Shown here one piece after another: positions 26,296 to 36,498 of a DNA stretch of 62,407 nt (positions are counted from its first letter, which is position 1; every line of letters starts with the position of its first letter). The position numbers and the translations under genes are program-made. The stretch is from Candidatus Daviesbacteria bacterium. Lineage in GTDB: Bacteria; Patescibacteriota; Microgenomatia; Daviesbacterales; UBA10151. Location of the stretch: contig DOWS01000046.1 in assembly GCA_003519445.1 (NCBI GenBank), forward strand, positions 1-62,407, given 5' to 3'. Under the pieces are notes generated by a model, which ran no database searches, was not told the origin of the DNA, and was given only the letters and a program-made list of their open reading frames with translations.

Positions 26296-27917
26296 TGAAC
26301 AAAAACTTAAAAATCTTATTAACAGTCTCTATGTTAACTCTAATTGGGGGGTTTTTAAGATTTTATAATAATACCCAAAACCATATCAGCCTAAATATTG
26401 ATGAGGTTTCATATGGATATAGCGCTTATTCAATACTTAAAACAGCCCGTGATGAAAATGGGGTATTTATGCCCCTTGCATTTCAATCAACAGGAGATTA
26501 CAAAAGTCCGGTACTAATTTATTCACTTGTCCCATCAATTGCCATATTTGGATTAAATGAATTTGGTGTAAGGTTTACAACAGCATTGGCAGGCATATTA
26601 TCAATTCCGGTATTCTTTCTACTGCTTAAGAAACTCGTGAAAAATATTAACATTGCTTTAATAGGTGCTGCATTACTGGCTATTTCTCCATGGCATATTT
26701 TTTATTCCAGGTTGGCATCAGAGAGTCTTATGAGTACTTTTTTTCTAATGCTGGGGGTCTTATTTTTCCTAAAAATGTTTGAGGGTGGAAAAATTTGGGC
26801 AGCAGGGGCGTCAATTTTTTTAACAGTATCAATGTATACATATCATTCACAAAGGTTATTCATACCAATCTTTATATTTTTATATCTTCTTACAGGTTTT
26901 AAAAGATTTAAGTCAAACATATCAAATATAAGGATATTTATATTGGGGAGTTTTTTATTAGTCCTCCCCCTTTTTTATATGACAATATTTGGATCTGCCG
27001 GTACCAGAATAGGAATGGTTTTTTTATCACAGGATATTGAATTCACAAGATATGTGATACTTGATCATATTCAAAGAGCTGGAGAGCAATTCCTGCTGTT
27101 TTTCTTTTGGATTAAGAGATACTTAAATTATTTTCAACCGGATTTTTTATTTTTTACAGGTTTAAATATGACACTTCCCGGAACCATAGGTTTAGGTGTG
27201 TTGTTTCTTTTTGAGCTGCCATGGCTATTTTTAGGAATTATTAAATTATTTAAGAATATTTCCTCAAGATTAATTATCTTGTGGATTTTACTTGGGATTA
27301 TACCCGCATCCCTTGCAAACAACGACCAAAGTTCAGTTAGAAGCCTGCTTATTTTGCCGGCACTACTTGTAATTGTAAGCTTAGGAGCACAAAGATTTCT
27401 TGAAATAGCGCAGAGTTTGTCTAATAAATTTATTAAATTAGGTTTTTTCAGTTTTTATGGATTTTTTATAATTATTATCCTTATTCAAGCATATTTAATT
27501 TTTGCCGTGCATTTTCCGATACAACAGGGAGAAGCTTTTATGGAGGGGACAAAGGAGACTGTTTTGTATGCGCTGGATAATAAAGATAAATACCAAGAGA
27601 TTGTATATGATCCGTACAGGGGCATAGAGGCGCCCTATATAGTAAATATACCACATATGTATATCCTTTTTTATTCGAAGTATGACCCCGCAAAATATCA
27701 AACAGAAGCTAAACATTTTGGAAAAGATACTTTTGGTTTTGACAAATTTACGATTAGGAAAATTGATTGGAGAGAAGATCGGTTTAAGAAAGGTATCTTA
27801 TTTATTGGAAGCCCTTGGAGTTTACCGGAAAATGACTTAGCCGAAGCCGAAATATTAAAAAAAATCTATCTTGGTAGTGGCAGACTGGCATTTTTTATAG
27901 TTTCTCCAAAAGAGTGA
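26295..27917 (+). CDS. GT-C glycosyltransferase (PMT_2-like, 'DE..GYNA' paralog group)
   Basis: LNIDEVSYGYSAYSILKTARDENG...GDYKSP...FGLNEFGVR, SPWHIFYSR..SE. Confidence 0.82.
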   Translation: MNKNLKILLTVSMLTLIGGFLRFYNNTQNHISLNIDEVSYGYSAYSILKTARDENGVFMPLAFQSTGDYKSPVLIYSLVPSIAIFGLNEFGVRFTTALAGILSIPVFFLLLKKLVKNINIALIGAALLAISPWHIFYSRLASESLMSTFFLMLGVLFFLKMFEGGKIWAAGASIFLTVSMYTYHSQRLFIPIFIFLYLLTGFKRFKSNISNIRIFILGSFLLVLPLFYMTIFGSAGTRIGMVFLSQDIEFTRYVILDHIQRAGEQFLLFFFWIKRYLNYFQPDFLFFTGLNMTLPGTIGLGVLFLFELPWLFLGIIKLFKNISSRLIILWILLGIIPASLANNDQSSVRSLLILPALLVIVSLGAQRFLEIAQSLSNKFIKLGFFSFYGFFIIIILIQAYLIFAVHFPIQQGEAFMEGTKETVLYALDNKDKYQEIVYDPYRGIEAPYIVNIPHMYILFYSKYDPAKYQTEAKHFGKDTFGFDKFTIRKIDWREDRFKKGILFIGSPWSLPENDLAEAEILKKIYLGSGRLAFFIVSPKE

Positions 27918-27919
27918 AT

Positions 27920-27948
27920 TTTACTTAATGTATTTTAATTGGTAAGAT
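27920..27948 (+). promoter_or_regulatory. Internal sigma70-type promoter, leaderless
   Basis: TTTACT-N17-TAAGAT with extended TG, 6 nt before ATG 27955. Confidence 0.5.
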
Positions 27949-27954
27949 TTAGAG

Positions 27955-28848
27955 ATGACCCAGAAAATTTCTGTTGTAATAAATACCTTTAACGAGGAGG
28001 CAAACATGGAAAAAGCCATAAAAAGTGTATCATGGGCCGATGAAACTATTATTTGTGATATGCATTCGGGGGATAATACGGTTGCAATTGCTAAAAAGTT
28101 AGGTGCCAAAATATTTTTTCACGAACAAGTAGATTATGTTGAGCCTGCCAGAAATTTTGCTATCTCTCAAGCAACAGGAGATTGGATTTTAGTTTTGGAT
28201 GCGGATGAAAGGATTCCCCAAACTTTAGCCAAAAGACTGCAGGAAATTGCCGCTAATATGAAGCAAATTAGTAGTGTAAAGTTACCGAGAAAAAATATAA
28301 TTTTCGGTAAATGGATGAAGACTTCTATGTGGTGGCCGGATTACCAAATAAGATTTTTTAAAGCGGGAAAGGTTAAGTGGAGAAATGAAATACACAGTAA
28401 GCCGGAGATAGAAGGCGGGAGTATTGATTTGGAACCAGAAGAGAAATGGGCATTAATTCACTATAATTATAATAATCTGTCTCAATATATCGGAAGGATG
28501 AACAGGTATACTGACATAGAAGCTAAAGAGCTTATTAATAATGGTTATAAATTCTGTTGGCAGGATATAATCCAAAAACCTTTATCTGAATTTTTAAGCA
28601 GATTTTTTGCTGGTAGAGGTTTTGAGGATGGGCTGCACGGTTTGGCTCTTTCCATGCTTCAGGCTTTTTCTTTTTTGGCAGTTTATTTAAAAGTATGGGA
28701 AATTGAAAAATTTGGTCAGCAAGAACTTAATCTGGAAGAGCTGGAAATTATTAAAAACAAAGGCGGTAGGGAATTAAATTATTGGTTTAAAAAATCAGGA
28801 TCAAACGGAAATATATTTAAATCTTTTTTAAAGAAATTTAATAACTAA
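27955..28848 (+). CDS. GT2 glycosyltransferase (WaaE/KdtX/LgtF-like)
   Basis: ISVVINTFNEE, ARNFAI, LDADE, WWPDYQIRFF, IH. Confidence 0.88.
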   Translation: MTQKISVVINTFNEEANMEKAIKSVSWADETIICDMHSGDNTVAIAKKLGAKIFFHEQVDYVEPARNFAISQATGDWILVLDADERIPQTLAKRLQEIAANMKQISSVKLPRKNIIFGKWMKTSMWWPDYQIRFFKAGKVKWRNEIHSKPEIEGGSIDLEPEEKWALIHYNYNNLSQYIGRMNRYTDIEAKELINNGYKFCWQDIIQKPLSEFLSRFFAGRGFEDGLHGLALSMLQAFSFLAVYLKVWEIEKFGQQELNLEELEIIKNKGGRELNYWFKKSGSNGNIFKSFLKKFNN

Positions 28849-28849
28849 C

Positions 28850-29641
28850 ATGTTAAGCATTATTATTATTACCAAAAACGAGGAAAAAAGAATTAGGGCA
28901 TGCTTGGAATCAGTCAAGTGGGCAGATGAAATTTTAATTTTGGATAATGGTTCAGACGATAAAACTTTACAAATTGCCAAAGAGTACACGGATAAGATAT
29001 TTAAATTTCAAAACGAAGATTTTGCCACTTTGCGCAACAAAGGTATGGAACAATCAAAAGGAGAATGGGTACTGTATGTGGATGCGGACGAGAGAGTATT
29101 GGATGATTTGAGGAAAGAAATAGAGGCTACGATAACTTTTTCTGATTTTGGAGCATTTGCCATTTCCAGAAAAAATATTATTTTTGGGAAAGAGATAAAC
29201 TTTGGTTCTTATAAAAAAGACTGGGTAATTAGATTGCTTAGAAAAAAAGATTTCGAAACTTGGGTTGGTAAGATACATGAGTATCCGAAATTTAAAGGTG
29301 AGCTAGGTTATACAAAAAATTCTTTTCTTCATTTAACTCACCGAGATGTTGATCAAATAGTTTTAAAGAGTTTGGAATGGTCAAAAATCGATGCCAGGCT
29401 TCGTCTGGAAGCAGGTCATCCAAAAATGTCCGGATGGAGATTTTTAAGAATTTTAATTTCTGAAACATTTAATCAGGGAATTAAAAGAAAGGGTTTTTTC
29501 AACGGCACTATTGGAGTAATGGATGCTCTCTTGCAGGTTTTTAGCCTGTTTATTACCTACATCAGGTTGTGGCAAATGCAGCAACCCAAGCCTTTGGAAA
29601 AAATCTACGATGAAATAGATGAACAGTTTTTAAAAAAATGA
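28850..29641 (+). CDS. GT2 glycosyltransferase (WaaE/KdtX-like)
   Basis: IITKNEE, DNGSDD, RN.G, VDADE, IHE. Confidence 0.88.
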   Translation: MLSIIIITKNEEKRIRACLESVKWADEILILDNGSDDKTLQIAKEYTDKIFKFQNEDFATLRNKGMEQSKGEWVLYVDADERVLDDLRKEIEATITFSDFGAFAISRKNIIFGKEINFGSYKKDWVIRLLRKKDFETWVGKIHEYPKFKGELGYTKNSFLHLTHRDVDQIVLKSLEWSKIDARLRLEAGHPKMSGWRFLRILISETFNQGIKRKGFFNGTIGVMDALLQVFSLFITYIRLWQMQQPKPLEKIYDEIDEQFLKK

Positions 29642-30720
29642 AAATAGCAGTCTATTCGTCTTATTTGGATACATTTGGAGGCGGAGAAAGATACATTGCC
29701 ACTATTGCCGGAACGCTTTCATTTGATCACCATGTTGATTTGCTTTTGGATAAACATTTAACAAAAATAGGATCTGATTATTTAAAATCAAATCTCTCCC
29801 AAAGATTTAATCTAAATTTGGATAAAGTTAATATTATTGTTGATTCTCCCATTGGGAAAGATTCCAGTTTTTTTTCCAGAGCCTTGTTTTTAAAAAAATA
29901 TGATTTTTTGTTTTATCTGACCGACGGGAGCATTTTTTATCCTACAGCCGGGAAAAACATTTTACATATTCAATCGCCAATTGAGGGTCAGCCTGCGCAA
30001 AGTGTCTGGGGAAAAATAAAATTAAAAAAATGGGATTTAATTATTTACAATTCAAAATTTACCAGAAATCATTCTTTAAAAAACTGGCCATTGTTTTCGA
30101 AAGTAATTTACCCGCCTGTTGATACGGAGTCAATAAAACCTCTGCAGAAGAAAAAATATATCCTGTCTGTCGGACGGTTTTTTGGCTATCTTAAAGACAA
30201 AAAACATGAGATTTTGATCAAAGCTTTTGAGAGACTTAAGCAAAATAAAAAAAGTTTGGGTTGGAGTTTACATTTGGCTGGCGCTGCCAAAGAAGGTGAT
30301 GAAAATTATCTTAAAGAATTAAAAAACAGAGCAAAAGATTTGGAGGTAAAATTTTATCCAAATTTAGGTTATGAGGAGCTAATTAAGCTTTTTGGCTACT
30401 CATCCGTTTATTGGCATGCTGCAGGTTTTGGAGAGCAAGAACCCACTAAAATGGAACATTTCGGAATATCTGTGGCTGAAGCTATGGCAGGCGGTTCTGT
30501 GCCGGTGGTTGTGGATAAAGGGGGTCTTACAGAGATTGTTAATGATGGGATAAATGGTTTTCTATGGAGCGACCTGCGGGATTTTGAAAGCAAAACCCTT
30601 GAGCTTTTGTCAAATAAATCCTTATGGCATAAAATGTCAGTAGAAGCTATAAAAAAAGCCGGCAATTTTAGTAAAGAAAATTTTGAGATAAGTATTAGGA
30701 ATTTAATCAAAACAATATGA
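29638..30720 (+). CDS. GT4 glycosyltransferase
   Basis: GGGERY, IYPPVD, SVGRF, EHFGISVAEAMAGG. Confidence 0.9.
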   Translation: MKIAVYSSYLDTFGGGERYIATIAGTLSFDHHVDLLLDKHLTKIGSDYLKSNLSQRFNLNLDKVNIIVDSPIGKDSSFFSRALFLKKYDFLFYLTDGSIFYPTAGKNILHIQSPIEGQPAQSVWGKIKLKKWDLIIYNSKFTRNHSLKNWPLFSKVIYPPVDTESIKPLQKKKYILSVGRFFGYLKDKKHEILIKAFERLKQNKKSLGWSLHLAGAAKEGDENYLKELKNRAKDLEVKFYPNLGYEELIKLFGYSSVYWHAAGFGEQEPTKMEHFGISVAEAMAGGSVPVVVDKGGLTEIVNDGINGFLWSDLRDFESKTLELLSNKSLWHKMSVEAIKKAGNFSKENFEISIRNLIKTI

Positions 30721-31823
30721 ACAAGATACTAATTATTCTTTTAGCAGGTATATTATTAAGGCTATTTTTAGCTTTTTCTACAATTCATTCTGATTTGACA
30801 GTGTTTCATGTGGCCGGGAAAGTGATAGGGGAAGGACACATTTTTAATCTGTATGATTATTCCTCGGATGCGGCAACTTTCAACTATCCGCCCTTAATTT
30901 ATTGGTTTTTTGGCATATTTAATTTTTTATCAAACTGGGGGATATGGCTGCTAAAACTGCCCTATCTTATTTTTGATTTATCTTTAGGGTTGCTGCTTTA
31001 TAAAGTGGTTGAAGAAAAAAGGAAAGCATTGGTTTTTGGGCTTTGGATGTTTAATCCAATCAGCCTTTATGCTACATACATGATGGGCCAGTTTGACATT
31101 ATCCCTGCTTTTTTTACAATGCTATCTTTTTATCTGGTAGTACAAAAAAAGCTTAAGTGGTCTGCCCTTGCTTTGGGCTTTGGTATTGCTTTTAAACTTT
31201 ACCCCGTATTCCTTCTTATCCCGCTACTAATCATAGCCAAAAGTTTTATTACAAGAATTAAATTAGTGCTTATTGCAGCTTTGCCGTATTTTATTTCCGT
31301 ACTTCCTTATCTTTCGTCTGAAAGTTTCAGGTCAAATGCTTTATTTGCGAGTCAAAGTTCAAAAAGTCTTTATGCTGGTATTCAGGTATCGGGAGGAGAA
31401 TCGATTTTATTATTTCCTTTTTTCCTGCTGCTTTTTTATCTCTATATTTGGAACAATCAGAGCAGTGGGATAAATCTATGGAAAGTTTTCTTAATTCCGC
31501 TGCTGTTATTTTTTATTTTTACCCATTACCATCCGCAGTGGTTAATTTGGGTTACTCCATTTCTGGTTTTGGATTTAAGTTTTGAAAGATTTAAAAATTT
31601 ATTGCCGATTTTTTTAATGATTATAACCTGGATTGCTTCGCTTTTCTTTTTTGATCCCTCCTTAACTATAGGCATATTTTCTCCCCTTTTTCCTGCTCTA
31701 AAAAATATTACGCTAAATATAAATGCAGATTATAATTTTTCAAGAAGCATCTTACAAACTGTTTTTGCCTCAAGCGCTTTCTATCTAGTATTTAAAACCT
31801 TCCCCCGAAAAATAAATGATTAA
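30717..31823 (+). CDS. GT-C glycosyltransferase (GT87/PIG-M-like clan)
   Basis: HSD after TM1, NYPPL, KLP..FD, NP, GQFD, K.YP, HPQW..W. Confidence 0.72.
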   Translation: MNKILIILLAGILLRLFLAFSTIHSDLTVFHVAGKVIGEGHIFNLYDYSSDAATFNYPPLIYWFFGIFNFLSNWGIWLLKLPYLIFDLSLGLLLYKVVEEKRKALVFGLWMFNPISLYATYMMGQFDIIPAFFTMLSFYLVVQKKLKWSALALGFGIAFKLYPVFLLIPLLIIAKSFITRIKLVLIAALPYFISVLPYLSSESFRSNALFASQSSKSLYAGIQVSGGESILLFPFFLLLFYLYIWNNQSSGINLWKVFLIPLLLFFIFTHYHPQWLIWVTPFLVLDLSFERFKNLLPIFLMIITWIASLFFFDPSLTIGIFSPLFPALKNITLNINADYNFSRSILQTVFASSAFYLVFKTFPRKIND

Positions 31824-33270
31824 GAAACTAATTGTTGTTTTTGTTGTCACTACCTTTCTTTGGTTTTTATTTACATTTAAGCTAACAGATGTTCCGTCGG
31901 GTATTAACGGAGATGAAGCTGTTATTGGCTACAATGCTGTTTTAATTTCTCAAACAGGTAAAGATGCAAGAGGAAATTTTCTGCCGCTTTTTTCCTCCAA
32001 CACGGATTCTTTTGACTGGAAACAACCGGTAACTGTTTATGCCACAGTTACAGCCTTTAAACTCTTTGGCCCATCTTATTTTACATTGCGGGCAGTCAGT
32101 GTATTTTTTGCGTTTTTGTCCGCATCACTCATTTTTTTATTAATAAATCAAATTAAAGGATTTAAGTTAGCCTTGGTGGGGTTACTTATTTTTGTAACAA
32201 CCCCCATTATTATGATTCAATCTCATTTGGCTCTGGAAAATATTGCCCCGGTACCTTTTATATCTTTCTGGCTTTTAATGCTTTATAAATACTTTAAAAA
32301 ACAGAACTTAAGATATATTATTTTTGCGGCCGTAAGTTTGGGTTTTGCTCTCTATTCTTATCTTGGTTTAAGACTGATGATTATACCGCTTATCATTCTT
32401 TCCATATCATTTTTATATTTTATTGATCGTAGAAGAGTATGGTTTACCTTTATTATCTCTGTCTCTCCTTTTATCATTCTGTTATTTTTGGTTAAAAGCC
32501 AATACCCGGGAGCAGTGTTGGGTTTGTTTAGGCCACACAGCATTGCTTCTTATCAAGAACTCATCATGCCTTATATTTCTTCTTTTGACCTTTCTTTTTT
32601 GTTTATCACCGGTGACATCACTCCATATCATTCTACAGGCAAGCATGGAGTATTTTTACTTGCATCCCTGCCGCTTTTTATTTTAGGAATAATCAGAATT
32701 ATTCAAAAAAGAAATCCTTTTTTAATTTTTGTTTTAACAGCCTTTTTTACAATTCCATTATTTTTTGGTTTGGGGTCAAATATTCACCGGGGAAGCAGGT
32801 TGTTAAGCCTGATACCTTTGTTTGTGACAGTGGCCACAGTGGGTTTTGAATATATTTTGGCTTTCAAAAATATGCTATTTAAAACTTTTTCAATATTTCT
32901 TGTAATTTTTCTGATGACATTAAATTATGGAGATTTTTTAAACGATTATTGGTACTACTATCCCCAAAGAGTGAAGCAAGAGTTTGCTGCGCCTATCCAT
33001 AGAGTTTTTATATTACTGGAAAAACTGTCAAAAGAAAATAATTTAAAACCGTTAATTCAAAATGACATACCTTTACAAAATCCCAATGCCTTCTTATTTT
33101 TTGAACAGGCCTATTTCCCAAATAAATTGGAGAAGTGGATGAAAAATGATTTATTACCTAACAGGAGTGTGGTATTTGTTGATTCAACAGGTATGGCTTT
33201 GATAAATATATCTAAAATAAGGATGGAAAAAATCGAAGGAACAGATTATGCTTTAGTAAGAAATAAATAA
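31816..33270 (+). CDS. GT-C glycosyltransferase (PMT_2-like, 'DE..GYNA' paralog group)
   Basis: INGDEAVIGYNA....TGKD..G..LPLF...DWKQP, GD...HSTG, H..SR. Confidence 0.8.
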   Translation: MIKKLIVVFVVTTFLWFLFTFKLTDVPSGINGDEAVIGYNAVLISQTGKDARGNFLPLFSSNTDSFDWKQPVTVYATVTAFKLFGPSYFTLRAVSVFFAFLSASLIFLLINQIKGFKLALVGLLIFVTTPIIMIQSHLALENIAPVPFISFWLLMLYKYFKKQNLRYIIFAAVSLGFALYSYLGLRLMIIPLIILSISFLYFIDRRRVWFTFIISVSPFIILLFLVKSQYPGAVLGLFRPHSIASYQELIMPYISSFDLSFLFITGDITPYHSTGKHGVFLLASLPLFILGIIRIIQKRNPFLIFVLTAFFTIPLFFGLGSNIHRGSRLLSLIPLFVTVATVGFEYILAFKNMLFKTFSIFLVIFLMTLNYGDFLNDYWYYYPQRVKQEFAAPIHRVFILLEKLSKENNLKPLIQNDIPLQNPNAFLFFEQAYFPNKLEKWMKNDLLPNRSVVFVDSTGMALINISKIRMEKIEGTDYALVRNK

Positions 33271-33286
33271 ATTAATTAATTAATTA

Positions 33287-34936
33287 ATGAGAAAAGTCTT
33301 TTTGGCGCTTATATTGATAATTCTTCTGGCCTTTATACTGCGGTTTTATAGGATAACGAGCATTCCTCCTTCTTTAAACTGGGACGAGGTTTCTATTGGC
33401 TATAATGCCTATTCTGTGCTAAATTCAGGCAGAGATGAATGGGGGCAATTTCTGCCGGTCCATTTTAAATCTTATGGGGAATATAAATTGCCCGGACAAG
33501 TCTATTTATCCGTTCCCGGGATTGCCCTGTTTGGATTAAACGAGTTTGGGGTGCGGATTACTCCGGTAATTTATGGCACTTTGACAGTCCTGGTGATGTT
33601 TTTTTTGGGAAGAAATTTATTCAGTAGCAGTTTAGCCGGATTGGCATCGGCTTTTTTGTTGGTTATTTCGCCTTGGCATATCCAACTCACCAGGGCCTCG
33701 TTTGAATCATCCCTGGCTACCTTTTTTGCTACAGCGGGCATTTGGTTTTTAATCAAAGGATTTAGGCAGCAGAAGTGGTTTGTTATATCAATGATTCCGT
33801 TTGCCCTTTCTGTTTTTACATATAATTCTGCCAGAATTTTTACCCCGATGTTTTTAGTAGCCATGCTTTTTATCTATTGGAAAAAATTAATTAAATTTAA
33901 GAAATTTATCGTACTTTCACTCATTATTTTTTTAGCTTTATTAACTCCACTTACTCCTTATTTTTTTTCCGGAGAGAGAAGTGCCAGATATAAGTTAGTT
34001 AGCATAACAGACGATCCGGGACTGATCCCTAGGATTAATGAAAACAGGGGAAATTCCAAGTTACCTTACCCGCTGCCCCGTTTAATTAATAATAAAGTTA
34101 CTTATTTAAGTTTTTACTTTACCAGAAATTATTTGTCTCATTTTACCCCTCAATTTTTATTTTTATCCGGCGCTCCCCATAAACAACACCATGTGCAGGA
34201 AATGGGCGAGCTTTATTTATTCCAGGCACCGTTTCTGTTGATTGGCCTTTGGGGTCTATTTAGATACAAGCATAAATTTAAGGGTTTGCTTATCTCTTGG
34301 TTGCTACTTGCATTTGTGCCCGTTTCTGCAACAGGAGACAGTATACCGCATGCCTTAAGAACTCTGATTGCCGCGCCATTTTATCAATTGGTCTCTGCAT
34401 TTGGTTTTGTAATAATTCTTGAGAAAATTAAAAAAATTTCTTTTGTTTTTAAAATATCTTTTGCTACAGCATTTTTTGTGATTGTTGCTTTAAGTTTGAT
34501 TTACTATTTAAATCAGTATTACAATATTTATCCTTACAAATACTCAAAAGATTGGCAGTATGGAAACAAGCAGGTTGTTGAATATATAAAAGATCACCAG
34601 GATGAATATGATTTGATAGTTTTTACCCGCCACTACGGGGAGCCGCACATGTTTACCTTATTTTATTTAAATTATGACCCAAGCAAGTATCAAAATGATC
34701 CTAATTTAGTCAGGTTTGAAACTAATAACTGGGTAAGGGTATTAAATTTTGACAAATTTTATTTTCCTGATTTAGGGGATAAAGGAACGCAGCAAAAAGA
34801 TATATTAGAAAGATACAAAGACAAAAAGATATTGTTGATCGGAAAACCCGGGGATTTCCCTTATGGCGGTAGAAGTCTTCTCAAAATAAATTTCCTGGAC
34901 GGAAGCCCGGCTTTTGAAATTGTGGATAATAAATGA
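33287..34936 (+). CDS. GT-C glycosyltransferase (PMT_2-like, 'DE..GYNA' paralog group)
   Basis: LNWDEVSIGYNAYS..SGRDEWG...GEYKLP...FGLNEFGVR, SPWH..TRASFE, PHALR, WQYG.KQ. Confidence 0.85.
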   Translation: MRKVFLALILIILLAFILRFYRITSIPPSLNWDEVSIGYNAYSVLNSGRDEWGQFLPVHFKSYGEYKLPGQVYLSVPGIALFGLNEFGVRITPVIYGTLTVLVMFFLGRNLFSSSLAGLASAFLLVISPWHIQLTRASFESSLATFFATAGIWFLIKGFRQQKWFVISMIPFALSVFTYNSARIFTPMFLVAMLFIYWKKLIKFKKFIVLSLIIFLALLTPLTPYFFSGERSARYKLVSITDDPGLIPRINENRGNSKLPYPLPRLINNKVTYLSFYFTRNYLSHFTPQFLFLSGAPHKQHHVQEMGELYLFQAPFLLIGLWGLFRYKHKFKGLLISWLLLAFVPVSATGDSIPHALRTLIAAPFYQLVSAFGFVIILEKIKKISFVFKISFATAFFVIVALSLIYYLNQYYNIYPYKYSKDWQYGNKQVVEYIKDHQDEYDLIVFTRHYGEPHMFTLFYLNYDPSKYQNDPNLVRFETNNWVRVLNFDKFYFPDLGDKGTQQKDILERYKDKKILLIGKPGDFPYGGRSLLKINFLDGSPAFEIVDNK

Positions 34937-36498
34937 ATAAAACTTGGACAAAAATTTTGTTGTTTGCAATAATACTTCTTTTTCTATTGACCAGGCTTTA
35001 CAAAATAGCCGAGATTCCCCCATCGGTTTATTGGGATGAAGCTTCCATTGGATATAATGCGTATTCTATTGCGGAAACAAGTAAAGACGAGTGGGGAGAA
35101 TTTTTGCCTCTGCATTTTAGGGCATTTGGGGAATTTAAGTTGCCGGTTTATATTTACGCAACAGCGGTTTCTGTTAAACTTTTTGGGTTAAATGAGTTTG
35201 CGGTAAGGTTGCCATCAGTTATTTTTTCTTTGGGAATAGTCATTTTAACTTATTTTTTAGCAAAGAGGTTATTTAATAATACTTTAGTAGCATTATTTAG
35301 CAGTTTTTTTATTACTATCTCCCCCTGGTTTTTTATTTTTTCCAGAACCGGTTATGAAGCAACAGCAGGACTATTCTTTTTTTTACTGGGAATATTTTTC
35401 TGGTTAAAGTTTCAAAAATCATCAGTCTTTATTATACTTTCGTGCTTATCTTTTGTTTTTAGCGCATACAGTTATAATAGTTTCCGGGTTTTGCTCCCTT
35501 TTTTACTTCCCGGATTATTTTTGCTACTGTTTATACATAGAAATAAATCCAGAAAAGTCCTAATAATAAGTTTGATATTGGGAATTGGCATCCTGATTTT
35601 TGGATTTATCCCGATTATTGAATTTCTTTCTAAAGGTGAGGGTAACAGACTTGATGTGATAGGCATATTTGACAGTCAGAAGAAAAATATTCAGATCTTT
35701 CATACTTTTGCAACTAATTATATGGCCCATTTTAATCCAAAATTTTTACTTACCAGCGGTGATGTTAATCTACGCAGCCAGCAAAGTAATTTTGGGGAAA
35801 TTTATTTAGTAGAATTCCCCTTCCTTTTAATGGGACTTTTATCTCTTTATAAAACAAAAAAGATGCAAAATTTAATCCTGATATATCTTTTTTTTATCTC
35901 CTTTATTCCATCTGCCATTACCAGAGAGGCTCCTCATGCCCTGCGGTCGGTTTTGTCAGCTCCTTTAATCAGTATTATATCTTCTTTTGGAATTTATTCT
36001 TTCTATCAGACATTAACAAAGGCTAAATCAAAAGTTGTAAATAATTTTTTTATAATAATAATTTTATTTTTTGTATTTTCTTTTGGCTGGTACTTTTTTA
36101 AATTCTTGTTTAGTTATAACAAGGAAGCGGCAGAACACTGGCAATATGGCTACAAGAGAATTTTTTTAGATCATGTGGAAGAATTTGATAGTTTTGACAA
36201 TATTGTAATATCGGATAGATACAATCAGCCATATATTTTTGCGCTCTTTTATCTAAAATATGACCCGATTAACTTTAGAAAAGAAGTTCGGTATAATCAA
36301 ACAATAAGGAAAGCAACTTCGCTTGTTAAAGGATTTAATAAATTTAGTTTTACAAATATTGATTACTATAATCTTCCAAAAGGTAAGAGTCTGATTTTTG
36401 CTCATCCAACTGATAAAATGGATGAGATGCAAAGCCAAGAAGTTATTTTAAATCCGGATAAGTCAGTAGCAGTTTATGTTTATGAATACACAAAATAA
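34933..36498 (+). CDS. GT-C glycosyltransferase (PMT_2-like, 'DE..GYNA' paralog group)
   Basis: VYWDEASIGYNAYS...KDEWG...GEFKLP...FGLNEFAVRLP, SRTGYEA, PHALR, WQYG. Confidence 0.85.
   Translation: MNKTWTKILLFAIILLFLLTRLYKIAEIPPSVYWDEASIGYNAYSIAETSKDEWGEFLPLHFRAFGEFKLPVYIYATAVSVKLFGLNEFAVRLPSVIFSLGIVILTYFLAKRLFNNTLVALFSSFFITISPWFFIFSRTGYEATAGLFFFLLGIFFWLKFQKSSVFIILSCLSFVFSAYSYNSFRVLLPFLLPGLFLLLFIHRNKSRKVLIISLILGIGILIFGFIPIIEFLSKGEGNRLDVIGIFDSQKKNIQIFHTFATNYMAHFNPKFLLTSGDVNLRSQQSNFGEIYLVEFPFLLMGLLSLYKTKKMQNLILIYLFFISFIPSAITREAPHALRSVLSAPLISIISSFGIYSFYQTLTKAKSKVVNNFFIIIILFFVFSFGWYFFKFLFSYNKEAAEHWQYGYKRIFLDHVEEFDSFDNIVISDRYNQPYIFALFYLKYDPINFRKEVRYNQTIRKATSLVKGFNKFSFTNIDYYNLPKGKSLIFAHPTDKMDEMQSQEVILNPDKSVAVYVYEYTK

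Noticed and set aside
33271..33286. (ATTA)4 palindromic microsatellite between two GT-C genes
   Set aside because: Short low-complexity AT sequence in an AT-rich genome; no evidence of function.
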